Shown here piece after piece: positions 46,501 through 54,937 of a stretch of 64,000 nucleotides of DNA. This DNA comes from an uncultured Gemmatimonadales bacterium (GTDB taxonomy: Bacteria > Gemmatimonadota > Gemmatimonadetes > Gemmatimonadales > Gemmatimonadaceae), in the NCBI GenBank assembly GCA_963701965.1, contig OY969695.1, positions 2,432,001 to 2,496,000 on the forward strand, read 5' to 3'. Made by a program: the position numbers and the translations under genes. Within the stretch, counting starts at the first letter, position 1. Every line of letters begins with the position of its first letter. Under the pieces are notes generated by a model. The model saw only the letters and a program-made list of their open reading frames with translations. It was not told where the DNA came from and made no database searches.

Positions 46501-48170
46501 GCGCGTCGATGCGCGCAGCGCGGCGAGAGATCCCGGCGCAGCCGGGATCAGTTCAACCGACTCTGGATCTCGCGTCGACGCGCGCAGCGCGACGAGAGAT
46601 CCCGGCGCAGCCGGGATCAGTTCAACCGACTCTGGATCTCGCGTCGACGCGCGCAGCGCGACGCGAGATTTTTGCTCGCTATCTCGCGCTCTCCGGCCCG
46701 GTGACGGTCAATGACGTAGCGGCACGCTATCCGTATCCGCGTCAGTGGATCGCCGCGCGCCTCGCCGAGTGGGAGCGCGCCGGCACGCTGGTGCGGGGCC
46801 GATTTCGGCCGGGCGTCGTCGAGCCGCAGTGGTGCTCCCGCCGCGTGGTGGACCGCGCGCGGCGGCGGGCGCTGGCGGCGCTCCGGGCCGAGATCGAAGC
46901 CACCGACCTCGCGACCTTCGCTGCGTTTCTCCAACGCTGGCAGCACATCGATCCCCGCGACCACCTCGATGGCGAGGCCGGCCTGGCGACGCTGCTGGAG
47001 CAGCTCGACGGTCTGGCCCGACCGGCCGCCGGCTGGGAGCGCGACTATCTCCCCTCCCGCCTCGCGCACTACGACCCCGCGTGGCTGGCGCGCCTCATGA
47101 GCGCGGGCACGCTCGTATGGGCCGGCGCGAACTTGGGCCGGATCCGGTTTTTCGAGCGCGGCGAAGGGGACCTCTGGTCCCGCGCCGTCGACGCGCCGCT
47201 ATCCGAGACCGCCGTCCAAGTGCGCGACACCCTCGCCCGCCTGGGCGCATCGTTCCTCGCCGATCTCGCGACAGAGACTGGCAAGACCCCCCTCAACGTC
47301 AAAGACGCGCTGCGGGAGCTGGTGGCGGCCGGCATCGCGACCAACGACACCGCCGAGGCCATGCGCGAGATCGTGCGGATGCCCGCGCTGCCGGGGCGCG
47401 CGCGGCGCGACGAGCCCGATCCCACGCGCTGGCTCCCCGCCGGCTTCACGCCGCGGCCCGTCGTGCAGCGTCGGGTCAGCGCCCGCCGGCTTCCCCGGTG
47501 GCAGCGCCCCGACCGTCCCGGCCGCGCCGCGGCCTCGGGTTGGATCGGCCGGTGGTCGTTGCTCGACACGCCCGGCACCCGCGGTCCCGCCCTCGACGAG
47601 GAGACCCGCGCGGCCGCGATCGCCGAGCGGTGGCTGGCGCGCTATGGCATCGTGACCCGCGACTGGTGGCGCCGCGAACGGCCTCCCGTGTCGTGGCGCG
47701 CGATCTATCGCGAGCTCCGGCGTCTCGAGCTCCGGGGCGAAGTCCGGCGCGGGTATTTCGTCACCGGCCTGGCCGGAGCGCAGTTCGCCGCGCCCGAGGC
47801 GGTCGAGCGGCTGCGCGCGGCCCGCGACGATCCCAATGCGCCGTTCGTGCTCATGGCCGCGAGCGACCCGGCCCATCCCGATGTCCTCCCGCGTCCCCGC
47901 GGCGCCAGCGCGCTCATCGTGACGCGGCGCGGGATCACGGTCATGACGGTCGAAGGCGCGGGACGGCGCGTGACCATCATGGCGCCGCTGACGGAGCCCG
48001 AAGTCGCCGGGATCGCCGCGCAGTTGGCGGCCCGACACCCGGGGCGGTCGGCGACGCGCGAGCTCGAGACCATCGACGGGCGCCCTGCGGCGACGAGTGC
48101 GCACGCGCCGGGGTTTCTGCGCGCGGGATTCCGGAACGACGGTCTCGCGCTCGCCTACCCGGTCGGTTGA
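43590..48170 (+). CDS. lhr: Lhr DEAD/H-box helicase, long form with C-terminal winged-helix/glycosylase-like region
   Basis: APTGTGKT, SPLKAL, TTPESL, DEIH, GLSAT, LELGIDIG, QRAGRAGH, GELDEEFVHE, RRGYFV..GAQFA. Confidence 0.93.
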   Translation: MARRTNALTPFHPLVQRWFRDTLGSPSAPQERGWPAIALGEHTLILAPTGTGKTLAAFLWELNALIVRGAESPLPNAVQILYISPLKALGNDVQRNLDRPLADLRARFAAAGETFPEIRVNVRTGDTSPSARARMLRRTPHILITTPESLHILLTTERGRTIFPGVRAVIVDEIHAVAGGKRGAHLALTLERLDALCLGAGYNAPQRIGLSATQRPLNEVARFLGGAGDDGRFRPVTVVDCGLVKKMEFTVQSPVPDLGDVGGTVWPAVTELLLARIREARTTLVFVNNRGQAERVAVRINALANEEPGSELARPYHGSLSKERRLALERALKAGELRALVTTSALELGIDIGSVDLVVQIQSPKRVAAAVQRAGRAGHSVGDVSRAVFVPTFRDDLIETLAIVDAAREGDVEATVVPQNALDVLAQVIVAVTSTPIEGTTDEALYQLVRRAYPYHRLPRAAFDETLAMLSGKYPSDVAAELEPRLTWDRITGRVTGSRGSRMTAVISGGTIPDRGLYTVNLPDRTRLGELDEEFVHESRVGDVFQLGSATWRIGSIEHDRVIVTPAPGAPARMPFWHGEFSTRGVAVSQRVGALRRALTVAAETDDAAFAAANGCDEACARSAREYIAAQRAATGIVPDDRTLVVEWFRDEVDSVRVVIHASVGGRVTAPWGMALARRARDLLGVNVAVQTNDDGIMLRLPPLNGPPPIRALLAQTPDEVERAVLDEVGTTPLFGARFRMNAARALLLPRGTARRRMPLWLQRLKATDLLQAVRAYPEFPILVETYREVLRNAFDMDALTAVVRAVDGGQLGLRIVETDRPSPFASGLLLGFVMDWLYADDTPRAERAAALLAVDRGMLDDVMGVDDTVDEATMRAIDNVLAMRRGTATGRQARTADELAHRLERAGDLTRDELVAREAPDSGALRALLASSRVVVARVGGDGSDGSADAERYILAEYRPQYDTASGGEGASMRAARREIPAQPGSVQPTLDLASTRAARREIPAQPGSVQPTLDLASTRAARREIFARYLALSGPVTVNDVAARYPYPRQWIAARLAEWERAGTLVRGRFRPGVVEPQWCSRRVVDRARRRALAALRAEIEATDLATFAAFLQRWQHIDPRDHLDGEAGLATLLEQLDGLARPAAGWERDYLPSRLAHYDPAWLARLMSAGTLVWAGANLGRIRFFERGEGDLWSRAVDAPLSETAVQVRDTLARLGASFLADLATETGKTPLNVKDALRELVAAGIATNDTAEAMREIVRMPALPGRARRDEPDPTRWLPAGFTPRPVVQRRVSARRLPRWQRPDRPGRAAASGWIGRWSLLDTPGTRGPALDEETRAAAIAERWLARYGIVTRDWWRRERPPVSWRAIYRELRRLELRGEVRRGYFVTGLAGAQFAAPEAVERLRAARDDPNAPFVLMAASDPAHPDVLPRPRGASALIVTRRGITVMTVEGAGRRVTIMAPLTEPEVAGIAAQLAARHPGRSATRELETIDGRPAATSAHAPGFLRAGFRNDGLALAYPVG
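46503..46669 (+). repeat. 69-bp tandem repeat (2.4 copies) of the hairpin-linker-hairpin element inside lhr
   Basis: Units 46503-571 and 46572-640, partial unit 46641-669; each encodes ASxRAARREIPAQPGSVQPTLDL; 11-bp inverted repeat at 46636-46 / 46659-69. Confidence 0.95.
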
Positions 48171-48194
48171 ACCAGGCTCCGCCTGCGCGGAACT
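48161..48194 (-). repeat. Partial copy of the element at the lhr stop
   Basis: Minus strand: GTTCCGC-GCAG-GCGGAGC, then GGTTCAACCGACC; second hairpin not clear. Confidence 0.6.
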
Positions 48195-48683
48195 CTACGC
48201 GGGCGGGACGAGGTTGCCGCAGACGAGCGGCGGCGCGCCCGCCGGCGCCGACTCCACCCGCACGAAATACTGGCCGTTCGTCGGAAAGCCCAGTGGGATG
48301 ATGGCATAGTCCGACACCCTCCCCGTCGTGTCGGCCTCCAACAGTCGATACACGCTTGGGGGGCCGAACACGCCGAGGTCCCGGTCGCATTTGCCCTGGT
48401 GCACGCGCCAGGCGTATACGCCAGGGCTCGCGCGGCGCACGTCGATCCGCACGCGGATCGAGTGGTTGTCCGACGCGCCCGCCGCCATCCAGGCGATCCC
48501 ATACGGACCAGCGGTGGTGTCGCCGGCGGTGTCCTCCGGGGACCACAACGTCGCGTTCCAGCGCGTAGTCGAGGGGGGGTCCGGCTGCGGCGTGACCGCG
48601 TGCCGCGCACGGCGCATGAGTCCGCAGCCGAGACCGGACACCGATGCGACGAAAGCGATCCATGGGGGGCACAATCGGAACAT
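48195..48683 (-). CDS. Hypothetical lipoprotein (Cu/Zn-SOD-like or CHRD-like fold possible)
   Basis: GLGC lipobox-like, YAWRVHQGKC..LVCGNL. Confidence 0.55.
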   Translation of the reverse strand: MFRLCPPWIAFVASVSGLGCGLMRRARHAVTPQPDPPSTTRWNATLWSPEDTAGDTTAGPYGIAWMAAGASDNHSIRVRIDVRRASPGVYAWRVHQGKCDRDLGVFGPPSVYRLLEADTTGRVSDYAIIPLGFPTNGQYFVRVESAPAGAPPLVCGNLVPPA

Positions 48684-48701
48684 GGGGAACAATATTACAG
48701 G

Positions 48702-49304
48702 GTGAGCGCCCGCCAATTCGACCGCGCGTATTTCGATCGCTGGTATCGCCACCCGGTGCATCGCGTGAAATCCGCAGGCGAGCTGTCGCGCGAAGTCGAG
48801 TTCGTGCTGCGCGCGACGGAACATATTCTCGGACGCGCCGTCCGGACGGTCCTCGACGTCGGCTGCGGCGAAGGCAACTGGTACCCGGTGCTAGCGGAGC
48901 GGCGTCCCGCGCTCCGCTACACGGGGGTCGACCCGAGCGAGTACGCGGTGCGCCAATGGACGGCGCGCCGCCACATCCGGCGCGGGTCGATCGGCGATCT
49001 CGGCCGCCTCGGTCTCGACGGCCCGTTCGACCTCATTATCTCGAGCGGCGTGTTGAACTACCTCACGCCCCGCGAGCTGACGCGCGGTTTGCGCGAGATC
49101 GCCGCGCTGCTCGGTGGCGTCGCCTATCTCGAGCTCTACACCGACGCGGACGCGGTGATCGGCGACACGCGCGACGCCCCGCGCCGCTCCGCGGCCTGGT
49201 ATCGCCGCGCGACGCGGCGCGCCGGCCTCGTCGCCTGCGGGCTCCATCTCTACGTCGGTTCGGAGATCGCGCCCGAGCTCGCGGAGCTGGAGCGGCCGCG
49301 GTAG
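48702..49304 (+). CDS. Class I SAM-dependent methyltransferase
   Basis: VLDVGCGEG, GVDPS, FDLII..VLNYL. Confidence 0.85.
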   Translation: MSARQFDRAYFDRWYRHPVHRVKSAGELSREVEFVLRATEHILGRAVRTVLDVGCGEGNWYPVLAERRPALRYTGVDPSEYAVRQWTARRHIRRGSIGDLGRLGLDGPFDLIISSGVLNYLTPRELTRGLREIAALLGGVAYLELYTDADAVIGDTRDAPRRSAAWYRRATRRAGLVACGLHLYVGSEIAPELAELERPR

Positions 49305-49633
49305 GTCGCCTCCACGGCGAGAGCGGCCGCGCTCCAGGCGAGCGCCATCGGGAGCGCCAGCGTCACCACGATCGGCACCGCGGCCGGCGCGTGCAGGATC
49401 GCGCCCACGGTGTGCGCGAGGTTCGCCAGCGGGCCGCGCACGGCGTCGAACACCAACCATCCGCCCACCGCGAGGCACGCCGCCACGGCGCTCCGCGCCG
49501 CTGGCGCGCGGGCCGGGCCGACGCGCCACGCCCACACGAACGCGAAAGCCGGAATTGCCCACCATCCAGCCACTCGCACCGCGGCCGCGAAGACCGCGGT
49601 CAGGGCCACGACGTCGATGAGCGCGGCGAGCAT
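49250..49633 (-). CDS. Hypothetical small membrane protein
   Basis: Several hydrophobic segments (AGWWAIP..) directly downstream of the acylase; 3' end overlaps the methyltransferase. Confidence 0.55.
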   Translation of the reverse strand: MLAALIDVVALTAVFAAAVRVAGWWAIPAFAFVWAWRVGPARAPAARSAVAACLAVGGWLVFDAVRGPLANLAHTVGAILHAPAAVPIVVTLALPMALAWSAAALAVEATYRGRSSSASSGAISEPT

Positions 49634-49641
49634 CGGTCGGA

Positions 49642-52038
49642 TTACCGGGTGCGATCGAATTCGAGGATCGCGATCGCGCCGTTGGACGCCGCTTCGTCGG
49701 GCGTCCGCGGCACGGCGATGGAGTCGAGCACACCGGCGGCCCAGCGCGGCAATCGGTCGGCGTAGCGCGGGCTCACGGGGTTGCCGGACTGGCCGCCGGG
49801 GTAGATGGCCCACGCCCGCACCGTCGGGCCCAGTTCGACGACCATGCGCCAACTGGGTCCGTGCACGCCCCGTTTGCCGAGCGGACTGACCGTCTCGGTC
49901 CCGCCGTCCACCGGGATACCGAGCCGCGAGAGCGCGGGGATCTCGAGCAGGTGGTAGATATGGACCGATCGCACCCGATCCCAGCGCCAGCCGCCGCCGT
50001 CGGGCGGCCCGTAGAGCCGGGTCACGTGCGTCAACGCCGCCCGCAGGCTCGCGGCCAGCACGGAATCGCGCGGCGCGTCCCACCACGCGCTCGTCGAGTC
50101 GCCGAGCAGCTCGCCCAACACCGCTTCGTTGGGGCGGACGGGCAATCGGCGCCACACGTGGTCCTGCAGCTGATCCATCGCCTCCTCGAACAGCACCGCG
50201 CGCGTATTCTCCCGCGTGTAGCGGCGGTCCCATTCGGCCAGCAGGCGCCCCGCTTCGCTGCCCCGCGCCGCGCGCAGGAAGAACGGCACGAAGAAGTCGG
50301 CGCGCGCGCTGCCGGGATCCGTCTGGAACCGGCGCATCGCGTCCGGCGTCACCGCCGAATCCGCGCGCAGCAGCGCATTGATGCGCATCGCGCGCCACGG
50401 CGGCTCCCAGTCCGCAGCCAGATAACCCGGTGACGCGGCCGGGTCGCTTGGCTCTTGGTTCGCCGAGGCCAAGAAGCCCTGCGGCGGGTTGATCGCGGTC
50501 GGCCAGGCGGCCACGGGTTCGTCGGCGCGCCAATCGCTGGCGGCCAATGCGCCATCGCGGATGACCGTGCCGAGATCGTCGCCGCCCCGCACCGGAAATC
50601 GCCCGTTCGAGCGAATGGCGATAGTCCCCGCGCGATCGGCGACGAGCATGTTCTGCGCCGGCACCAGAAACCCTTCCATGCCCCGCAGAAACTCCGCCAC
50701 GGTATGGGCGTGGGCCGCGTGGTCGAGCGCTGTGACGTTGTCGGATGGCTCCAGGGCCGTCCACCGCGTGGAAATCCAGTGTCCGCCAACGCGCCGCAGC
50801 GGCCCGCGGTGCGTGTAGCGCAGAGTGTCCGTCGCCAGCACCCGCCCCGACGGATCGCGATACGCCTCGACGTCGCGCTCGATGGGCCGCCACGCGCCAT
50901 CGACGCGATACCGCGTCGGCTGCACCGGATCGTCGACGGTCTCGGCGTATTCGTCCATGACGTCGGCGCCGGTATTCGTGAACGTCCACGCGATATCGCG
51001 ATTGAACCCAATGACGATGTTCGGCGATCCCGGTATGGTGACGCCGTACACGTCCATCTCCCCGGGCACGACGAGATGCGCCTCGTACCAGATCGAGGGC
51101 AACGTGAGATCGAGATGCGGATCGCCCGCCAGCAACGCGGCGCCGTTCCGCGTGCGGCGCGGCGCCACCGCCCAATTGTTGCTGCCAACGTCGTAGTGGG
51201 GCGCGTCGGGCGGCGGCGCGAAGGCGAAGCCGGGGAGCGTCGTGTCCGGCGCGCCCGGTGGCGGCAGGCGCCCGGGAAGCCACCGGGGTTCGGTGATCCC
51301 CGAACCGGCCGGCGGCGGGACGATCGGTTGCTGCAGGGGGCTATGGATCGGCAACAGCGCATCGGCCGCCACCGTCCCCACCCGCGCGGCGAGCGCGGTG
51401 CGCGCCGCTTCGTCGTCGCTCATTGCCAGCACGACGCTCATCCGGTTCAACAGATGCAGCGTGTTGATCGGCAACCAACGCACCGGCCGCCGCCCCAATA
51501 GATGGTATTCGAACGGCAGATCCTGGGGCTTCATCCGGGCGATCCACGTGTTGACCCCATCGGCGTAGGCGCGCGACGCCCGATAGGCCAACCCGGTGGT
51601 ATCCCACGACGCAACCTGTCGCTCCGCCGCTCGCGGCAGCCCGAGGGCGCGCGCCTCGCGGTCGAGCGGCAACGCGGCGGCGCCGAGCAACTCGGTGAGA
51701 TGACCACTCGCCGCCCGGGTCTGGATATCCAGTTGGAACAACCGGTCGCGCGCCACCACATAGCCCAGCGCCCGATACGCATCGAGCGTCGTATGGGCGA
51801 AGATGTGCGGCACGCCCCGCGTGTCGTAGAACACCCGCACCGACGAATCCAGCGTGCGCATCCGTCGCACCAGCGTGAATTCCGGAAGCTCGGCCCCCGG
51901 AGCGACCGACCACACGCCCGTCGCGGGATTGAGGAACACGCCGAGCGGGGGCAGCGGACCGAGTCGCGGCGCGCTGAGTCCCAGGGTCACGACGAGAACA
52001 GCGAGCGCGCCGGCGATGCGCCACGGTCGGCGGGGCAT
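49642..52038 (-). CDS. Penicillin acylase family (S45 Ntn-hydrolase)
   Basis: GVPHIFA, ARDRLFQLD, GSNNWAV autocleavage Ser, GDPHL, YPGGQSGNP. Confidence 0.92.
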   Translation of the reverse strand: MPRRPWRIAGALAVLVVTLGLSAPRLGPLPPLGVFLNPATGVWSVAPGAELPEFTLVRRMRTLDSSVRVFYDTRGVPHIFAHTTLDAYRALGYVVARDRLFQLDIQTRAASGHLTELLGAAALPLDREARALGLPRAAERQVASWDTTGLAYRASRAYADGVNTWIARMKPQDLPFEYHLLGRRPVRWLPINTLHLLNRMSVVLAMSDDEAARTALAARVGTVAADALLPIHSPLQQPIVPPPAGSGITEPRWLPGRLPPPGAPDTTLPGFAFAPPPDAPHYDVGSNNWAVAPRRTRNGAALLAGDPHLDLTLPSIWYEAHLVVPGEMDVYGVTIPGSPNIVIGFNRDIAWTFTNTGADVMDEYAETVDDPVQPTRYRVDGAWRPIERDVEAYRDPSGRVLATDTLRYTHRGPLRRVGGHWISTRWTALEPSDNVTALDHAAHAHTVAEFLRGMEGFLVPAQNMLVADRAGTIAIRSNGRFPVRGGDDLGTVIRDGALAASDWRADEPVAAWPTAINPPQGFLASANQEPSDPAASPGYLAADWEPPWRAMRINALLRADSAVTPDAMRRFQTDPGSARADFFVPFFLRAARGSEAGRLLAEWDRRYTRENTRAVLFEEAMDQLQDHVWRRLPVRPNEAVLGELLGDSTSAWWDAPRDSVLAASLRAALTHVTRLYGPPDGGGWRWDRVRSVHIYHLLEIPALSRLGIPVDGGTETVSPLGKRGVHGPSWRMVVELGPTVRAWAIYPGGQSGNPVSPRYADRLPRWAAGVLDSIAVPRTPDEAASNGAIAILEFDRTR

Positions 52039-52089
52039 GACACAAGTTGCCACGGTGCGCTCGCGACGGCGAGGCCCGTGGAGACGCCG

Positions 52090-53769
52090 TTACGGGTTCG
52101 GCGTCCGCGTCCGACGCAGCGAGTCCGCGGTGTCCCGCGGCGGGCGCACCGACACCGCGAGTCCCGGGTCCGGCTCGGAAGCCCGTGGAATCGGCGCCGC
52201 GCCAGGTTTCACGACGGCCGCCGTCATCGAATCGTGTTGCGGTTCGGCCGGCGGACGGCGGCGGCGGAGCTTGTGGTGCACCGGCGCCGCGGAGGCCACC
52301 GTCATGGTGTCGATCCGCGCCGGCGGCGGCGTCACCAGGGCAACGGACCGCGCGGTCCGCCCGCTCGGCGCCAGTGCCTCGATCGGCGGAGCCACGTATG
52401 GCGCCGCCGGATCCGGCGATGTCGCTGGCGGTGGGGCGGCGGGCGGTGACGCTTGCGGCGATGCCGGCGACGATGCCGCGGGCGGCGGGATGACCACCGG
52501 CGCCAGTCGCGCCGGCGTGGTCGGTGCGTTCGACCGGACCAGCTGCACCGTCAGCACGCTCGTCGCCAATGCGACGAACGCGCTGCAGATCACCGCGAGC
52601 CCCAGCAGACGCCGCCGATCCAACGCCGGACTGGGCACGCGGATGAACGTGTGCTGCGGGCGCGGCGGTACGGTCCGCGGCTCGCCCGGCGGTCCCGCCG
52701 TCGCCGGCTCGCTCCATCCGGCCGGCCGGCCTTTGACCCAGGCTTTGCGCCGCTCGATGCCGTCCCAGCGCCGCCGATCGCGCCCGCCGTATCCGTCGGC
52801 GCCACCCGTCGGCCCCGACACGCGCCGCACGGGCAAGCTCGGTCGAGGAAGCGGAACAGGACTCGACGGCCCCTCGCGCACGGCCGGCGCGCGGGACTCC
52901 GGCCGATACAGGGCGGCGAGCCCGGCGATCGGCGTCGCCAACGTGGGCACGCCTTTGGTCGCCGTACCGGTCCAGGGCTCCAACATGGCCGCGACGTCCA
53001 CCTGCACCCCGTGATCCAGCACTTCATGCACGGCCCGCTCGGGCTCCTGCGCCGCGATGGCCTCGCGCGCCGCCGCCCACGGCGCGCCAGGCACCGCGCC
53101 ACTGCACGCGCACCCGACGCGCGCCGCGAGATCAATGACGCACCAATGGCGCTTGGATACGTGATACGCGATTTCGGCGACGTAGTCGACGGACTCGGGT
53201 TCGGTCACGGCCTGCCCGCGCCCCTCGGCATAGACCCAATTCGGCGCCGGCACACCGCCCGGCAACGAGTAGAATCGGCGCCCATCGCGCGCGACCCGCT
53301 CGTCCATGGTCGTCGGTTGCTCGGTCGGTATGATGCCGCGCTTGGCGAGGCTCTTGAGCAGCGCCGCGGGCGAGGCGTACTTGTCGATGGCGGGATCCAC
53401 CGCGCCCGGACAGTCGCCGATGTACGTGACATGCAGCCCGTGCAGTCCCGCGCGGGCGCGGAGGTACCGCGCCGCGGCGACAGGCGGGGAGATGAACGGC
53501 AGGAGATTCGGCCGGAGGCTCCCGATCCGTCGCATCTTCTCGGCGACCCGGGGACAGGAGCACAGGATCAGCGCCTCGTCGCCGCGCGCCGCCAGCCGCT
53601 TGAGCGTCGCCTCGGCGATCAGCTCATCGCCCCAACTCGCCGGCACGGCCGCGGTGTAGCCCGCGGCCACGCACGCGTTGGCCAGCTGCACAGGCGTAGC
53701 CGGACGCGCCGCGAGAATCGCGTCCGCGCCGAGGATGACGACGGCCGGTGCTTGTTGCTGCTGGGACAA
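52090..53769 (-). CDS. Membrane protein with a degenerate [FeFe]-hydrogenase/Nar1-like Fe-S domain and Pro-rich tail
   Basis: ILCSCP, SPPVAAARY, YIGDCP, IDLAARVGCACSG; single TM (LLGLAVICSAFVALA) then Pro/Ala-rich region. Confidence 0.55.
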   Translation of the reverse strand: MSQQQQAPAVVILGADAILAARPATPVQLANACVAAGYTAAVPASWGDELIAEATLKRLAARGDEALILCSCPRVAEKMRRIGSLRPNLLPFISPPVAAARYLRARAGLHGLHVTYIGDCPGAVDPAIDKYASPAALLKSLAKRGIIPTEQPTTMDERVARDGRRFYSLPGGVPAPNWVYAEGRGQAVTEPESVDYVAEIAYHVSKRHWCVIDLAARVGCACSGAVPGAPWAAAREAIAAQEPERAVHEVLDHGVQVDVAAMLEPWTGTATKGVPTLATPIAGLAALYRPESRAPAVREGPSSPVPLPRPSLPVRRVSGPTGGADGYGGRDRRRWDGIERRKAWVKGRPAGWSEPATAGPPGEPRTVPPRPQHTFIRVPSPALDRRRLLGLAVICSAFVALATSVLTVQLVRSNAPTTPARLAPVVIPPPAASSPASPQASPPAAPPPATSPDPAAPYVAPPIEALAPSGRTARSVALVTPPPARIDTMTVASAAPVHHKLRRRRPPAEPQHDSMTAAVVKPGAAPIPRASEPDPGLAVSVRPPRDTADSLRRTRTPNP

Positions 53770-53808
53770 GGCGTTTTGAGGCTAGAGCCGTAAAGAGTGC
53801 AGCGGAGG

Positions 53809-53878
53809 AGCTCTCGGCGCAGCCGAGAGCTGTCCAACCGACTGCCTCTCACGGGTGCGTCAGCACCCAATGAGAGGC
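53809..53878 (+). repeat. Hairpin-linker-hairpin element, intergenic copy
   Basis: AGCTCTCGGC-GCA-GCCGAGAGCT, then GTCCAACCGACT, then GCCTCTCA(C)GGGTGC-GTCA-GCACCC(AA)TGAGAGGC. Confidence 0.85.
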
Positions 53879-53901
53879 CCCTCAGAGAGAGGACGTCCCG
53901 C

Positions 53902-54930
53902 TTACGGTTCGTGCAACAGGGAGATAGTCCCGGAGCCGCTGTCGATGGACATCTTGCCCCCGCCGCCGGAGCCGATTCGCCCCGTGAAATGCGAGTCATC
54001 GTCCCGCCCGCGGTCCAAACGCCAGTCGCTCTTGACCGCCCCCGACCCGGCGTCAATGTCGACCGCGGCGGCGAACGACGCGGGAAGCCGCAGCGTCACG
54101 TCCCCCGAACCGGCGTCGACTTTGACCCGTTGGATCCCTTTGGCAAAGGCCAGGTCGACATCGCCGCTGCCCGCATCGAGCGACATCTCATCGACGGCCA
54201 GACCGGAAATCCTGGTCATGCCGGAGGCGAGGTCGAGCTTGGCGCGCCGGTAAGCGACGGTCGTGGCGCGCAGCGCGCCCGATCCGGCGTCGATCTCTAG
54301 CCGTTCGCCGCCCACATTGGTGAGGGTGACGTCTCCCGAACCCCCGTCGATCGAGAGCTCGCCCCGCGCGTCGCTGATCTGGGTCGGTCCGGACCCGGCG
54401 TCGATGGAGAGCGCGCCGCGGGTATGCGTCGCCGTGAACGAGGCGGCGCCGAGATCGGCCACCACGTCGCCGTCGACATTGGCGACCGACGCCGAACCAA
54501 TGGCCAGATAGAGCGAGAGGCGGGCGCCGGTCGGCAAGTGGATCGTGAGATCGGCGTGGGCATCGAGCCCGCCGTTCGAAGACACGCGCACGCGGCGGCC
54601 GTGCGTGTGCCAATTCCCGCCCCACGTGCCGTCTTCCGCGACATCCAGCGTCATCGAGCCGCGATCCATCCCCCGATACATCACGCGGTCCGTGGGATAC
54701 AGCACGCGGAGGGTTTGCCGGTCGTGCAGCACGCCGGTGGCGATCGACAGTCGGCCCGCATCCGCCCCAGCCCGGTCGACATCGACCACGATGTCACTGC
54801 CGGTGCCGGCCACGACACGGATCGTGCCCGCGATGTCATAGACGTCGGCGGGCGAGGAGAGCGTGCGGTGTTCCGTTTGGGCGGTCAGGCAGGCCGGCAG
54901 CGCGACCGCGTACCACAGGTGTCTCATCAT
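53902..54930 (-). CDS. DUF4097/adhesin-like beta-strand repeat protein
   Basis: Signal peptide; repeated IDAGSG(D/A)V motifs. Confidence 0.8.
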   Translation of the reverse strand: MMRHLWYAVALPACLTAQTEHRTLSSPADVYDIAGTIRVVAGTGSDIVVDVDRAGADAGRLSIATGVLHDRQTLRVLYPTDRVMYRGMDRGSMTLDVAEDGTWGGNWHTHGRRVRVSSNGGLDAHADLTIHLPTGARLSLYLAIGSASVANVDGDVVADLGAASFTATHTRGALSIDAGSGPTQISDARGELSIDGGSGDVTLTNVGGERLEIDAGSGALRATTVAYRRAKLDLASGMTRISGLAVDEMSLDAGSGDVDLAFAKGIQRVKVDAGSGDVTLRLPASFAAAVDIDAGSGAVKSDWRLDRGRDDDSHFTGRIGSGGGGKMSIDSGSGTISLLHEP

Positions 54931-54937
54931 TTCCTGA

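Noticed and set aside
46549..46562. tRNA T-loop-like GTTCAA in the element
   Set aside because: Other copies read GTCCAA or ATCCAA; no cloverleaf, anticodon arm or CCA end
46503..46669. CRISPR-like array
   Set aside because: Whole units are near-identical with no unique spacers, the repeat is in frame within lhr, and there are no cas genes
52090..52560. Pro/Ala-rich low-complexity stretch as a DNA repeat
   Set aside because: No discrete repeat unit; it is the protein's flexible tail
53321..53330. Additional CAACCGAC match (minus strand)
   Set aside because: Lacks the RTY prefix and flanking hairpins; explained by the codons for EQPT
53832..53878. Element linker begins with RYYYAAC, like an integron attC inverse core
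   Set aside because: No matching GTTRRRY after the hairpin in the copies checked, no cassette array or integrase, and copies occur inside genes
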